A stretch of 38,012 bases of DNA from a virus (taxonomy: Duplodnaviria; Caudoviricetes): positions 1 through 38,012 of the IMG/VR virus record IMGVR_UViG_3300033434_000381. One strand, written 5' to 3'. Position numbers and translations under genes: made by a program. Each line of letters starts with the position of its first letter. Position 1 is the first letter of the stretch. The notes under the pieces are model-generated. The model saw only the letters and a program-made list of their open reading frames with translations, ran no database searches and had not been told where the DNA came from. Below are positions 26,529 to 36,404 of this stretch, in pieces.

Positions 26529-27992
26529 GTGAGTTTTAAGCATGGAATATATATTTCCGAAGTTGACACCTCAATTGTTGCTCCTGTCGAGAGTGATTCC
26601 GCAGTTGTCGTAGCCATTGGAACAGCACCGATTAATCTTGGTGATGATCCGACAGCAGTAACCAATGTGCCAATTCTTTGTGAGACTTACGCGGAAGCTG
26701 TGGCAGCCTTGGGGTATAGCACTGATTGGGATAGCTACACGCTTTGCGAGTTTATGTATTCGCATTTCGAGCTTTATGCAGTACAGCCGATCGTATTTAT
26801 TAACGTTTTAGACCCAACTAGCCACATCAAAACGGTTAGTGAATCCAGCGTAACATTGTCTTCTGGATCTGCTACGCTGTCGGATCTAGGTATTATGCTT
26901 GATACGGTTGTGGTTAAACTTACAGCTGCCGGGCAGGCGCTAACATCAGGCACTGATTATACCACCGCTTTCGATGATGATGGATATCTAGTTATTGCCT
27001 ATATATCAGGCGGAGCTATTACATCTGAGTCGGCAACTATTCTTGTCAGCTATACAAAACTAGACTCATTGCAGGTGACGTCATCAGATATTATCGGCGG
27101 GGTTGATACGTCAACCGGTGCTTATACCGGTATGGAGTTAATTAATCAGGTGTTTCCGAAGCTCCGCCTTGTTCCTACCTTAATTTGCGCGCCGTACTGG
27201 TCGACTAAACCGGGCGTCGCCGCTGTTATGGAAGCGAAAGCGGCATCGATCAACGGGATATTTAAGGCGATGGCCTTGGTAGACATTCCAACGGATACAG
27301 TAACTAAATACAGTGATGCTCCTGCATGGAAGGAGGATAATAATTACACTTATGCAAGACAAGTGGTCTGTTGGCCTAAGGTTAAACTGGATGACTATGT
27401 GTTTCATATGTCAACGCAGTTGGCGGGACTAATTGCTTTATTAGACAGCGATAACGACGATATTCCTTACGAAAGCCCATCAAATAAAAGTCTTCAAATG
27501 GACAGTATGGTACTGGACGACGGTACTGAGGTTACCCTTGGCATGGAAGAAGCTAATTATCTTAATGGCCAGGGAATTACAACGGCGCTTAATTTTATCG
27601 GCGGCTGGAAACTTTGGGGTAACCGCACTGGTGTATATCCATCCAGCACCGATCCCAAGGACGCGTTTATCAGTATTCGCCGGATGTTCGATTGGCAGGG
27701 AAATGAGTTCATCCAGACCTACTGGTCAAAGGTAGACAAGCCGGTTAACCGGGTGTTAATTGAAGCGTTGCTCGATGCTGAGAATATTCGGCTCAACGGT
27801 CTTGCATCGCGCGGATATATTTTGGGCGGTCGCATGGAATTTACAACGGCTGACAACTCCACCACAGATTTGGAAAGCGGAATTATTAATTTTCACACGT
27901 ACATTACGCCGCCAACTCCAGCTGAAGAAATTGTTAACACGCTGGAATACGATACCGACTACTTGTCAACATTGTTTGGTAGTAGTTCGTAA
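26529..27992 (+). CDS. Tail sheath protein (P2 FI-like)
   Basis: HGIYISE, IGTAP, FINVLDP, PYESPSNK, ANYLNGQGI, WGNRT, TPPTPAE. Confidence 0.93.
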   Translation: MSFKHGIYISEVDTSIVAPVESDSAVVVAIGTAPINLGDDPTAVTNVPILCETYAEAVAALGYSTDWDSYTLCEFMYSHFELYAVQPIVFINVLDPTSHIKTVSESSVTLSSGSATLSDLGIMLDTVVVKLTAAGQALTSGTDYTTAFDDDGYLVIAYISGGAITSESATILVSYTKLDSLQVTSSDIIGGVDTSTGAYTGMELINQVFPKLRLVPTLICAPYWSTKPGVAAVMEAKAASINGIFKAMALVDIPTDTVTKYSDAPAWKEDNNYTYARQVVCWPKVKLDDYVFHMSTQLAGLIALLDSDNDDIPYESPSNKSLQMDSMVLDDGTEVTLGMEEANYLNGQGITTALNFIGGWKLWGNRTGVYPSSTDPKDAFISIRRMFDWQGNEFIQTYWSKVDKPVNRVLIEALLDAENIRLNGLASRGYILGGRMEFTTADNSTTDLESGIINFHTYITPPTPAEEIVNTLEYDTDYLSTLFGSSS

Positions 27993-28005
27993 AGGAGGGA
28001 GATAA

Positions 28006-28527
28006 GTGAGCGTTTTACCAGAAAATATGGTCAGTTATATGGTCTATCTTGATGGCGATACGTTGCTCGGTACAGCCGGAGTTGATCTTCCTTCGCTAGA
28101 CGCTTTGACCGAAAAGGTCAAAGGGGCAGGGATTGCTGGTGAAGTTGATGCACCGGTACTTGGCCATTATGCTGAAATGGGGCTCACTATTAGTTGGCGG
28201 ACCATTACGGGAAATCTTGCAGTACTAGCTGCTCCTGAAGCCCATGCCCTTACCTTTCGCGGCAGTCAGCAGACCTATGATTCATCGGAAGGCACTTTTA
28301 GTACTGTGCCGGTCAAAATTATTGTTAAGGCTACACCGAAAAAAACTTCACTCGGTAAATTTGTTATCGCCGGGCAGACCGATTCTAAAAATGAGTTTGA
28401 AGTCAGTTACATTAAGATTTATGTCGATGGGGACGAGATCATTGAAATCGATAAATATAATATGATTTGCACGATTAACGGCACAGATTATCTGGAGAGC
28501 GTGCGCAGCGATCTCGGTATGAGCTAG
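28006..28527 (+). CDS. Major tail tube protein (P2 FII-like)
   Basis: VDLPSL, GAGIAGEVD, IEIDKYN..INGTDYL..VRSDLG. Confidence 0.9.
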   Translation: MSVLPENMVSYMVYLDGDTLLGTAGVDLPSLDALTEKVKGAGIAGEVDAPVLGHYAEMGLTISWRTITGNLAVLAAPEAHALTFRGSQQTYDSSEGTFSTVPVKIIVKATPKKTSLGKFVIAGQTDSKNEFEVSYIKIYVDGDEIIEIDKYNMICTINGTDYLESVRSDLGMS

Positions 28528-28541
28528 GAGGATAAAGTCTG

Positions 28542-28820
28542 ATGGAAAAGTTGATATTGAAAAAGCCATTAGAGTATGAAGGCAAGAAATATGAAGAACT
28601 GCAGTACGATTTAGACAAGCTTACCGGTGATGATCTACTTACTGTTGAAGCGGAAGTAACCATATCTGGCACGTTGGCCCCAGTTATGGATTTATCCAAG
28701 GCGTATCAAGCAGCGGTTTTTGCCCGCTCAGCTAAGATTGATTATGCAATGATGCGGAAATTATCGGCTAAAGATTTTACCAATGCCACGTCAGCCGTGA
28801 TGGCTTTTTTCGGCGAATAG
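28542..28820 (+). CDS. Tail assembly chaperone (P2 gpE-like); -1 frameshift extension to 28969
   Basis: LKKP, LTGDD, LSAKDF motifs; slippery T TTT TTC at 28805-28811. Confidence 0.85.
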   Translation: MEKLILKKPLEYEGKKYEELQYDLDKLTGDDLLTVEAEVTISGTLAPVMDLSKAYQAAVFARSAKIDYAMMRKLSAKDFTNATSAVMAFFGE

Positions 28821-29018
28821 GACTGGAAAAGAAACCGGGACAGGCATTAGTTGGTGTCTGCCTTGCTCTGTCACGGTCCGAGAATGCATCTTTGGAGTAT
28901 TGGATGATGATGCCGATAGGGAAACTTGTGATTTGGTTTGACTTTATTTCGAAAAATCCTCGAAAGTAGGGGCTTGTAATAGCCCTTAGTGTTTTATCTT
29001 AGCATCCTCCAAAATGCC

Positions 29019-29057
29019 GAAACGGCTGGCCTATTTTATCAATAGGTCAGCCGTTTC
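29019..29057. terminator. Strong hairpin between convergent genes
   Basis: GAAACGGCTGGCCTATT / AATAGGTCAGCCGTTTC 17-bp stem. Confidence 0.6.
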
Positions 29058-29090
29058 ATGCCGCTGACAAAATCAGCTGAATTTAAACTC

Positions 29091-29960
29091 TCAATTAGAG
29101 CTAATGACTGATCTTAACTTTTCTACCTTCTCTTGAATTACCTGGGCTCCAAATTTAGAAAGCACAGCATAGAGACGCTGCCCTTTCTCAGCTAGTTCCT
29201 CGTAAACGACTAGTATCGCGTTAAGATAGGAAAGTACTTCTTCTTCCTGCACAAATTTAGCAATAACCACCCCGTCATTGGTATAGCGGCCGCCCTTTCC
29301 GCCCACATATATGTGATAACCTAATCTGCCAGTTTTTAATGCTTGTTTGGGACATACTTGCATGCAGACGCCACAGGAAAGGCATTTATCATAATCAATG
29401 ACTAAGGCTTTATTCTCAATCGTCATAGCTTTAGCAGGACAACGCCGTACACATCCACCACATTTAACACATTGCTCATGGCTAATGATCGGTTCGCTCG
29501 CGCCTCTAAAGCCAACATCATGAGTTTGCGGTTTGGTACAGGCATTAGCACAACCGCAAACGGCAAACTTCGTTTTGGCAGGTAAATCTCTGCCGACATA
29601 CTGCATATCTAACTTCTCAGCCAAAATTTGCGTGTTCAGTAGACCGTAAGGGCAAGTGTTATTGCCTGGGCAAGCCATGACTGGCCGCACACGCGGGCCA
29701 CAGACGGCTGCTAGTAAACCGGCCTCTAAAATCGCTTGATGCGCCTTTTCAAATAATTCTTCCTTTACATTGGGAATTTCTATTCCCTGACGCACGGTTA
29801 TGTGCACTTCGCCAGAGCCAAATCGTTCGGCTAAATCTGCAATTTTACACAAAGAAGATGCTGGAAGATTGCCTGCCCGGTTCCTGATACGCATAATCAA
29901 GAACCCTTTTTGCCGTTGAGGAATAAACCCATATTTTTTATAATCCGGTTTTGTTGTCAT
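29091..29960 (-). CDS. Nitrite/sulfite reductase-like siroheme/4Fe-4S protein with a ferredoxin dicluster domain (AsrC-like; moron)
   Basis: G..PQRQ, HITVRQG, ACPGNNTCPYG, KTKFAVCGCANAC, HDVG; two CxxCxxCxxxCP motifs; VGGKGGR. Confidence 0.85.
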   Translation of the reverse strand: MTTKPDYKKYGFIPQRQKGFLIMRIRNRAGNLPASSLCKIADLAERFGSGEVHITVRQGIEIPNVKEELFEKAHQAILEAGLLAAVCGPRVRPVMACPGNNTCPYGLLNTQILAEKLDMQYVGRDLPAKTKFAVCGCANACTKPQTHDVGFRGASEPIISHEQCVKCGGCVRRCPAKAMTIENKALVIDYDKCLSCGVCMQVCPKQALKTGRLGYHIYVGGKGGRYTNDGVVIAKFVQEEEVLSYLNAILVVYEELAEKGQRLYAVLSKFGAQVIQEKVEKLRSVISSN

Positions 29961-30161
29961 TACTGCATCCTACTCTCTAAATATCTATCATTAACTGAGT
30001 TATTAGTAGTTAAATCGTTACCCGTTCGCAGCAATATTTTACCACTGCGGTCACCTCATTTCCAGTAATTTAATCCGAGTGGCATAATATAGCAGCTACT
30101 GCAACCACGTTTTATTAGGCTGTAACGGGCTCCAGAAAAACCACCGGAAGGAGGGATGAAT

Positions 30162-31949
30162 TTGGCAAAAGTATATCAAATTGCCTTCCAATTAGCCGGG
30201 AAACTAGGCGCGAATTTTCATTCTACCTTCATGTCTGCGTCCAAACAAATTAATGGATTGGATCAACAAATCAAGAAATTAAAGCAAGACATGAAGGGGT
30301 CAGGGGCAAATAAAGGCCAATTACAGGGTGAAATAGACGGTTTATTGGCGCAAAAGGCAAAATTTACAGCTGCTCAGAACGCCGCCGACAAGTTTAAAAA
30401 GTCGTCGTCAGAGGCATTTAAAGCGGCTTCGATAACTGCTGGGGTTGCGACAGCTGCTGTTACCGGATATTATGCCAGTGCCATGAAGCTGGCCAATGGC
30501 GTTATGGAACATGCTAAGCATGCTCAAACTGCGGCTAAAATTACAGGAGTTAGTGCTGAGTGGTATGAAAAAATGAGTTATGTCGCTAAAGCGGCCGGAA
30601 TTAATATTGAGAATTTCGATAAATCCCTCGCGAAAATGACGATCAATCTCGGCGAAGCGAAACAAGGCAACAAAGAAATGATTACTACCTTTGCTAAATT
30701 AGGCATCTCGGTAAAAGAACTGCAGGGAATGAAGCCTGAACAGGCGTTTTTACGAGTTGCTCAGGGATTAAACGGAATCACGGACGCTGCGGTGCGAACA
30801 GATTTAGCCCGTAAAGTTTTTGGCAAGGTCGGAACTAGCATGATCCCGCTGACTAAAATGAGCATTGAGCAAATTCGGGCACTTGAAAAAGAAGCAAAAC
30901 ATATGGGGATTGTGCTGAATGATTCGGCCCTGGAACAGGCGAAAACATATCGATTAGCCAAGAATAGATTCGATGCTGTTTGGTCAGGAACAAAGCTCGG
31001 GATTGGTCAGGCACTTATGCCAGGACTCGCGGCTGGTACGGAAAGCATTTCGAAGTTGGCTGTAAAATATCAGCCGGCCATTAGAAATTTTGCCAAAGAT
31101 TTCGGTCAAGGGATTAAAGCCGCGACACCGGAGATTTTAAAGGCGGTTAAAGCAGTTGCTGGTCTTGCGAGTATGGGCTATCGTGGAGCAAAAGCATTTT
31201 CAAATTTAATTGGCGGGTTTCACAACTTGGTCTATGTTTCGGCGGCTTGGATTGTCTTGAAAATGGCTGTAGCACTTTTCAATACAGGAAAGGCTATGCT
31301 ATCGGTCGGAAGAGATACATACAAATTAATTGGCTATATTCGGAATCTCCACATTGTGACTGCGCTTATGAATACAAGAATGAGAATATTGACTTTTACT
31401 ACCAAAGCGTGGGCTGCGGCGCAGCGGGTATTAAACTTTGTTATGAATGCCAATCCCATAATGCGGGTTGTTACAGCGGCAATAGCCCTTGGTACTGCAG
31501 CTGTTTGGGTCTATAAGAACTGGGATAAAGTAAAGAACTTACTTAGCTGGATTGCTGATAAGTGGAACACAATGAAAGACGCCCTTAGTGCTGGAGGTAC
31601 CAGGACGTATAACATGGGTGCTTACTATATGCCTGGATTTCCTGGCCATGCGGCCGGCGGTATTTTTAATCGGGAGCATATTGCCCGATTTGCCGAGGGA
31701 AATATGCCGGAGGCGGCTATAGCCTTGGATGGATCAGCCAGATCTAAAGCAATATGGCAGCAGGCTGGTCAAATGATGGGAATGGTCGGTGTGCGGAGTG
31801 GTTCAGGGATTATTTATAACGATAATCGGGTTTTTAATATTAGTGGAAATCAAAGAGAAGTGGCGGCAGGTATTGACCAATCCAATAAGGAGTTAATGCG
31901 TCGCCTTGAATCATTACAAAGTAATGAGGAGCGGCTAAGCTATGGCTAA
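30162..31949 (+). CDS. Tail tape measure protein
   Basis: GGAGGG RBS then TTG 30162; Ala/Gly-rich helical sequence, MNANPI, YKNWD, HAAGG...AEG..PEA C-terminus. Confidence 0.88.
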   Translation: MAKVYQIAFQLAGKLGANFHSTFMSASKQINGLDQQIKKLKQDMKGSGANKGQLQGEIDGLLAQKAKFTAAQNAADKFKKSSSEAFKAASITAGVATAAVTGYYASAMKLANGVMEHAKHAQTAAKITGVSAEWYEKMSYVAKAAGINIENFDKSLAKMTINLGEAKQGNKEMITTFAKLGISVKELQGMKPEQAFLRVAQGLNGITDAAVRTDLARKVFGKVGTSMIPLTKMSIEQIRALEKEAKHMGIVLNDSALEQAKTYRLAKNRFDAVWSGTKLGIGQALMPGLAAGTESISKLAVKYQPAIRNFAKDFGQGIKAATPEILKAVKAVAGLASMGYRGAKAFSNLIGGFHNLVYVSAAWIVLKMAVALFNTGKAMLSVGRDTYKLIGYIRNLHIVTALMNTRMRILTFTTKAWAAAQRVLNFVMNANPIMRVVTAAIALGTAAVWVYKNWDKVKNLLSWIADKWNTMKDALSAGGTRTYNMGAYYMPGFPGHAAGGIFNREHIARFAEGNMPEAAIALDGSARSKAIWQQAGQMMGMVGVRSGSGIIYNDNRVFNISGNQREVAAGIDQSNKELMRRLESLQSNEERLSYG

Positions 31950-32148
31950 TACCTATAAAACAAAACAAGGTGATATGTGGGATTTAATCGCATACAACGA
32001 GCTTGGTAATGAACTATATATGGATGAACTTATTGCAGCCAATATTTCCTACCGAGAAGTTGTTGTATTTTCGGCAGGCGTTACACTGACTCTTCCAACG
32101 ATATCGACGCCAGTTGGTAGTAGTCTTCCGCCGTGGAAGCAGTCATGA
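31942..32148 (+). CDS. Tail protein X (P2 gpX, LysM-like)
   Basis: YKTKQGDMWDLIAY...LIAAN...FSAGVTL...LPPWK. Confidence 0.9.
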   Translation: MANTYKTKQGDMWDLIAYNELGNELYMDELIAANISYREVVVFSAGVTLTLPTISTPVGSSLPPWKQS

Positions 32149-32981
32149 CGAGTGCACGGCAGGCGACAGTTAAGATTGTTTACAACGCTAAGGATATTAC
32201 GAAGAATATTGCGCCGTTTCTCCTGGACTTTGAGTATACCGACAATGAATCCCATAAGGCCGATGATATTCAGCTTACATTGGAAGATAAAAACCAGCTG
32301 TGGATGTCAGACTGGTTACCGACGAAAGGCGATACCATTACTGCTTCAATTATTGTAGAGAATTGGTTTAAGCCCGGCGATGGATTGTCGCTTCCATGCG
32401 GCACATTCAGTGTAGATGAGGTTGAATTCTCCGGACCGCCTCACATTATTCGGATTAAAGGAGTATCGGTGCCGACTTCCACGGATATTCGCGGTCAGGC
32501 CAAAACAAAGGCCTGGGAGAAAATATCCCTGAAAAGCATTGCCGAAGACCTCGCTAGTGCGGCAAGTTTAACGCTGATGTATGAATCGGATACCAATCCC
32601 CAGTATTTACGAATTGATCAAGTGGAATCATCGGATTTGGCTTTTCTGCAAACTATGTGCGAGAAAGCTTGCGTCGCCTTAAAGGTGACGGATAATAAAA
32701 TTGTTATTTTTGACGAACGGACTTACGAAGAAAAAGACGCAGTGTGGACGATTAATCGTAAGGGCGGTGACGTGATTTCGTTTTCTTTGAAATCTAAAAC
32801 ATCCGGCACGGCCAAGGCGGGTAAAGTCACGTATTCCGATCCGTTGACCGGAAAAACAGTAACAGGCACGTATTCCGATGACAGCCAGGAATCTGGGGTG
32901 ACAATCAATGTCAATGATTGTCCAGATGGTGATTATGACGATGAACTGGCTAGCACGGAAATCGATGAGCCTGAGGAGTGA
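32145..32981 (+). CDS. Late control / baseplate hub protein D (P2 gpD-like), N-terminal part
   Basis: FEYTDNE..ADDIQL, WLPTKGD, CGTFSVDE, QVESSDLAFL; ends in an acidic tail. Confidence 0.82.
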   Translation: MTSARQATVKIVYNAKDITKNIAPFLLDFEYTDNESHKADDIQLTLEDKNQLWMSDWLPTKGDTITASIIVENWFKPGDGLSLPCGTFSVDEVEFSGPPHIIRIKGVSVPTSTDIRGQAKTKAWEKISLKSIAEDLASAASLTLMYESDTNPQYLRIDQVESSDLAFLQTMCEKACVALKVTDNKIVIFDERTYEEKDAVWTINRKGGDVISFSLKSKTSGTAKAGKVTYSDPLTGKTVTGTYSDDSQESGVTINVNDCPDGDYDDELASTEIDEPEE

Positions 32982-33334
32982 TGCGAGTGGCTGATGAGGA
33001 AGAGTTGGTTGATGAAACAACTGACACGGAATTAGCAGAAAATGAAGATAATGCGGAGGATACTTCTGATGACAGTTCAGGTGATAGCTCCGATAGTTTA
33101 ACTGGGATTACACCAACTAAAATGGCGAAAAACGCTCTCCGTAAGGCCAATAAACAAGAAGACACCGGCAGCATAACGCTTGTCGGTGATCCGCGCCTGG
33201 TGGGAGGAGTGACGGTGACACTTAAGAAATTTGGTTCCTTTGATAATAAATACATCATATCTAAGGCGGTTCATCGTATTTCTGGCGGATATACAACAGA
33301 TATCGAAATAAGGAAGTGCCTCGATGGATATTAA
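32978..33334 (+). CDS. gpD-like C-terminal part encoded as a separate ORF
   Basis: Acidic N-terminus, then AKNALRKAN...GDPRLVGGVTV..FGSFDNKYII..AVHRISGGYTT, the usual gpD C-terminus. Confidence 0.75.
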   Translation: MMRVADEEELVDETTDTELAENEDNAEDTSDDSSGDSSDSLTGITPTKMAKNALRKANKQEDTGSITLVGDPRLVGGVTVTLKKFGSFDNKYIISKAVHRISGGYTTDIEIRKCLDGY

Positions 33335-33887
33335 AAGTGTGTTTGGAGCAAGGAAAGGCTCCGGCAAGGACGAAACCTTTCAAAATATGATCCGCTATGG
33401 CAAAGTGTCGTCAGTCAATCCTAAGTTGCACACCGTAAGAGTAGCGTTTGCCGATAAAAGCGGCGTTGTTTCGCATAGTCTGCCGGTACTTGTCTCTGGA
33501 ACGCTGAAAAATAAGCATTATCATCTGCCGGACGTCGATGAGGACGTCCTTTGTTTGTTCCTCCCAAATGGTATTCAACGCGGCTTTGTAATAGGGTCTT
33601 TTTATAACGTCAACAACTCTCCACCAGTGTCTTCGGCGGATAAAGAACATGTTACTTTTAGCGATGGTACAAGTGTAGAGTATGACCGGTCCAGCAGCAC
33701 AATGACGATTGATTGCGTTGGAACAATAAATATTACAGCAGCCAGCGGTGTTGCTATAGCAGGAAATGTTACAGTTACCGGAAGTATAACTGCCAGTGGC
33801 GACGTGACTGCAGGCGGCATATCACTGAAATCTCATGTTCATAGTGGGGTAGAAGCTGGCGGCAGTATCACCGGCGGGCCACAGTAG
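33324..33887 (+). CDS. Baseplate spike protein V
   Basis: RYGKVSSV, LPDVDEDVLCLF, FSDGTSVEYDR, beta-helix repeats, SLKSHVHSGV (HxH metal tip). Confidence 0.9.
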   Translation: MDIKSVFGARKGSGKDETFQNMIRYGKVSSVNPKLHTVRVAFADKSGVVSHSLPVLVSGTLKNKHYHLPDVDEDVLCLFLPNGIQRGFVIGSFYNVNNSPPVSSADKEHVTFSDGTSVEYDRSSSTMTIDCVGTINITAASGVAIAGNVTVTGSITASGDVTAGGISLKSHVHSGVEAGGSITGGPQ

Positions 33888-33899
33888 GGTGGTGAAAAC

Positions 33900-34316
33900 T
33901 TGGCGATTGGCAGTTTAGGGGATATTGTATTCGAGGTCTCAAGTGATAAGGTGTTTACGTTTGACGATCTCAAACGGGATGTAAAAATGCGCTACGCTAA
34001 GCATGAGGTAATTGGAAATAAACCGATTTTAGAACTCGTCGGGCCGGACCTTAGTGAAATTAAGTTTAAAATGCTATTATCAGCATCGCTTGGTATTAAT
34101 CCGCTTAAAGAAATGGACGCCATATATACTGCTTTCCAGAGTGGGAATGCCATGGTGTTGATGTTGGGCAACTATGTAGTTGGTAATTATAAATGGGTAA
34201 TCGGCGACTTTAGTGAGAGTTATTCTGAGATCGACAACAAAGGAATTGTATGGAAACTAGAAGTAGATATTACGCTGCAGGAATATGTGGAGCAGTTAGG
34301 AGATTCTACGTCGTAG
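33900..34316 (+). CDS. P2 gpU-like tail protein
   Basis: IGSLGDIVFEV, HEVIGNKP...GP, LQEY. Confidence 0.85.
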   Translation: MAIGSLGDIVFEVSSDKVFTFDDLKRDVKMRYAKHEVIGNKPILELVGPDLSEIKFKMLLSASLGINPLKEMDAIYTAFQSGNAMVLMLGNYVVGNYKWVIGDFSESYSEIDNKGIVWKLEVDITLQEYVEQLGDSTS

Positions 34317-34319
34317 GAG

Positions 34320-34637
34320 GTGGTGAGCTTGGACGAATACTTAGTAACAGCATCGACAGGGACGATAAATTTTGGGGCAACTGGCAATGAGGAAATACTG
34401 CAAAACGTGCGGTATATCATCAACACACCCAAGTATTCAGTGCCTTTGGACCGGGCTTTTGGTGTAGACTTAGCGTTGTTAGATAAACCGATGCCGGTGG
34501 CTAAGGCCAAAATGGCGGCTGAAATTGTCAACGCTCTAAGCCAGTATGAAACAAGAATTGGCGTAACCAGTGTAACCTTTAGCGGGGATGCCGAAACCGG
34601 GAAGCTAGTCCCAAAAGTGAAGGTGTACATTAAATGA
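34320..34637 (+). CDS. Baseplate wedge protein (gpW/gp25-like)
   Basis: EILQNV..IINTPKYSVPLDRAFG, YETR. Confidence 0.85.
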   Translation: MVSLDEYLVTASTGTINFGATGNEEILQNVRYIINTPKYSVPLDRAFGVDLALLDKPMPVAKAKMAAEIVNALSQYETRIGVTSVTFSGDAETGKLVPKVKVYIK

Positions 34638-35749
34638 GTATTTCCTTATCCTCGCTTCCGTCAGTAACTTTTTGTGAAACTGACTCCACCACAATTGAGA
34701 GTTCGATTATTACGACATATGAAGCCATATCAGGAAAAACATTAGCCTCCGGTGATCCGGTTAGGCTATTTTTGTTGGCAATTGCCAGTATTATAGTTCA
34801 GCAGAGGACCTTAATTAATAACGCCGGAAAGATGAACTTACTCGCTTATGCGACCGGTTCCTATCTTGATCAGATTGGTGCGCTGTTAAATGTAGAGCGA
34901 ACTGCGGCAACCTATGCGACAACAACCCTCAAGTTTACAATTTCAGTGGCCCAGACAAGTGTGCTAACAATTGCCTCAGGTACTAGGGTGAGTGTTGGAA
35001 CTCTTATATTTGCCACAACGGAAGATGCTGAAATCGCGATTGGTGACACGACTGCAATGGTAATCGCTCAGTGTACAACTGCTGGAACAAACGGTAACGG
35101 TTATTTGGCCGGGCAGATTACGCAGATTGTCGATACATTTACCTATTTTAAAGCTGTGACAAATACCATAACCTCTAGCGGCGGGGCGGATGAAGAAAGC
35201 GACGATGATTTTAGGACAAGAATTCAGGAAGCGCCGGAAAGCTTTTCCGTGGCTGGTCCAACAGGAGCTTATGAATACTGGGCAAAAACGGCGGCGTCGT
35301 CAATTTCCGATGTGGCAGTTGTCAGTCCAAGCGCCGGAACTGTAGATATTAGGGTGCTTATGTCCGGTGGAATATTGCCGACACAAACAATATTGGATAG
35401 TGTCCTGGAAATCTGCAGTGCGGATGATGTAAGGCCGCTTACCGATAACGTAACCGTAACCGCACCAGATACCGTAAGTTATGACATCAATTTAACCTAT
35501 TACATTGACACTGATAGTTCTTTACTTGCGAGCAGTATTCAATCAGCAGTGGCTACGGCCATAACTACTTACACCACCTGGCAATCCGAGGTTTTGGGGC
35601 GTGATATTAACCCATCGGAATTGATTTTCCTCATAATGGCTGCCGGTGCTAAAAGGGTTGTAGTTACAAGTCCGGTTTATACAGCAGTAGCAGCAACCAG
35701 TGTAGCTCAGCTTGGAACTTCGACGATTACCTACGGAGGGGTTGAATAG
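34634..35749 (+). CDS. Baseplate J/gp47 family protein
   Basis: DPVRL, LDQIG, GGADEESDDDFRTRI, SVAGPTGAYEYWA, VRPLTD. Confidence 0.92.
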   Translation: MSISLSSLPSVTFCETDSTTIESSIITTYEAISGKTLASGDPVRLFLLAIASIIVQQRTLINNAGKMNLLAYATGSYLDQIGALLNVERTAATYATTTLKFTISVAQTSVLTIASGTRVSVGTLIFATTEDAEIAIGDTTAMVIAQCTTAGTNGNGYLAGQITQIVDTFTYFKAVTNTITSSGGADEESDDDFRTRIQEAPESFSVAGPTGAYEYWAKTAASSISDVAVVSPSAGTVDIRVLMSGGILPTQTILDSVLEICSADDVRPLTDNVTVTAPDTVSYDINLTYYIDTDSSLLASSIQSAVATAITTYTTWQSEVLGRDINPSELIFLIMAAGAKRVVVTSPVYTAVAATSVAQLGTSTITYGGVE

Positions 35750-36384
35750 TGCAAAGTACTCGTAACTTTGATCTTCTGAGCCTTGTTTCTCCGTCAATCC
35801 GGTATGACTCGCAGGTAATTGCTGCTTGCAGTGCATTAGAAAGTGAACTGCAAGCTGTTTCGTGTGCCGTTGACAATCTTCTTATTGTTTCCAACGTATC
35901 TTCCCAGCCGGAAGCGGTAATTGATCACTTGGCCTGGCAATGGCATGTGGATTTTTATGATGACACGCTGGATTTAGCAACGAAAAGGTCTTTAGTACAA
36001 AACGCGATTAACTGGCACCGCAAAAAAGGTACTGTTGCGGTAGTTCAGGAGTATGTATCGACTGTATTATCCAATGGAATCGTCAGCGAATGGTTCGATT
36101 ATGGCGGCGAGCCGTACTATTTCAAGGTGTCAACAGATGAGGTAATTTCAAGTTTATCCATTTACGAAAAGTTAGTTGATATTATTAACGCTGTTAAAAA
36201 TGCCAGGTCCTGGCTGGAAGGCGTGATAATATGCCGAACCTGGAACTGTAACCTGTATTTCAGTAGTGCATTGGTTTCAGGGAAAATGCTTACTTTGAGC
36301 CCGGTGCAGTTTACTATTGGTCAGGTTAGTTGTGCCGAGTATTTTGGCGGCGCGCTCCATAGCGGTAAAGTTATAGCAATTTAG
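35749..36384 (+). CDS. Tail protein I (P2 gpI-like)
   Basis: IDHLAWQWHVD, HRKKGT, EWFDYGGEPYYF, KNARSWL. Confidence 0.9.
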   Translation: MQSTRNFDLLSLVSPSIRYDSQVIAACSALESELQAVSCAVDNLLIVSNVSSQPEAVIDHLAWQWHVDFYDDTLDLATKRSLVQNAINWHRKKGTVAVVQEYVSTVLSNGIVSEWFDYGGEPYYFKVSTDEVISSLSIYEKLVDIINAVKNARSWLEGVIICRTWNCNLYFSSALVSGKMLTLSPVQFTIGQVSCAEYFGGALHSGKVIAI

Positions 36385-36404
36385 CAGGGAGGGATGAGAA
36401 ATAT

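Noticed and set aside
32979-32981. Selenocysteine or stop read-through joining the two gpD parts
   Set aside because: The downstream part is in a different reading frame.
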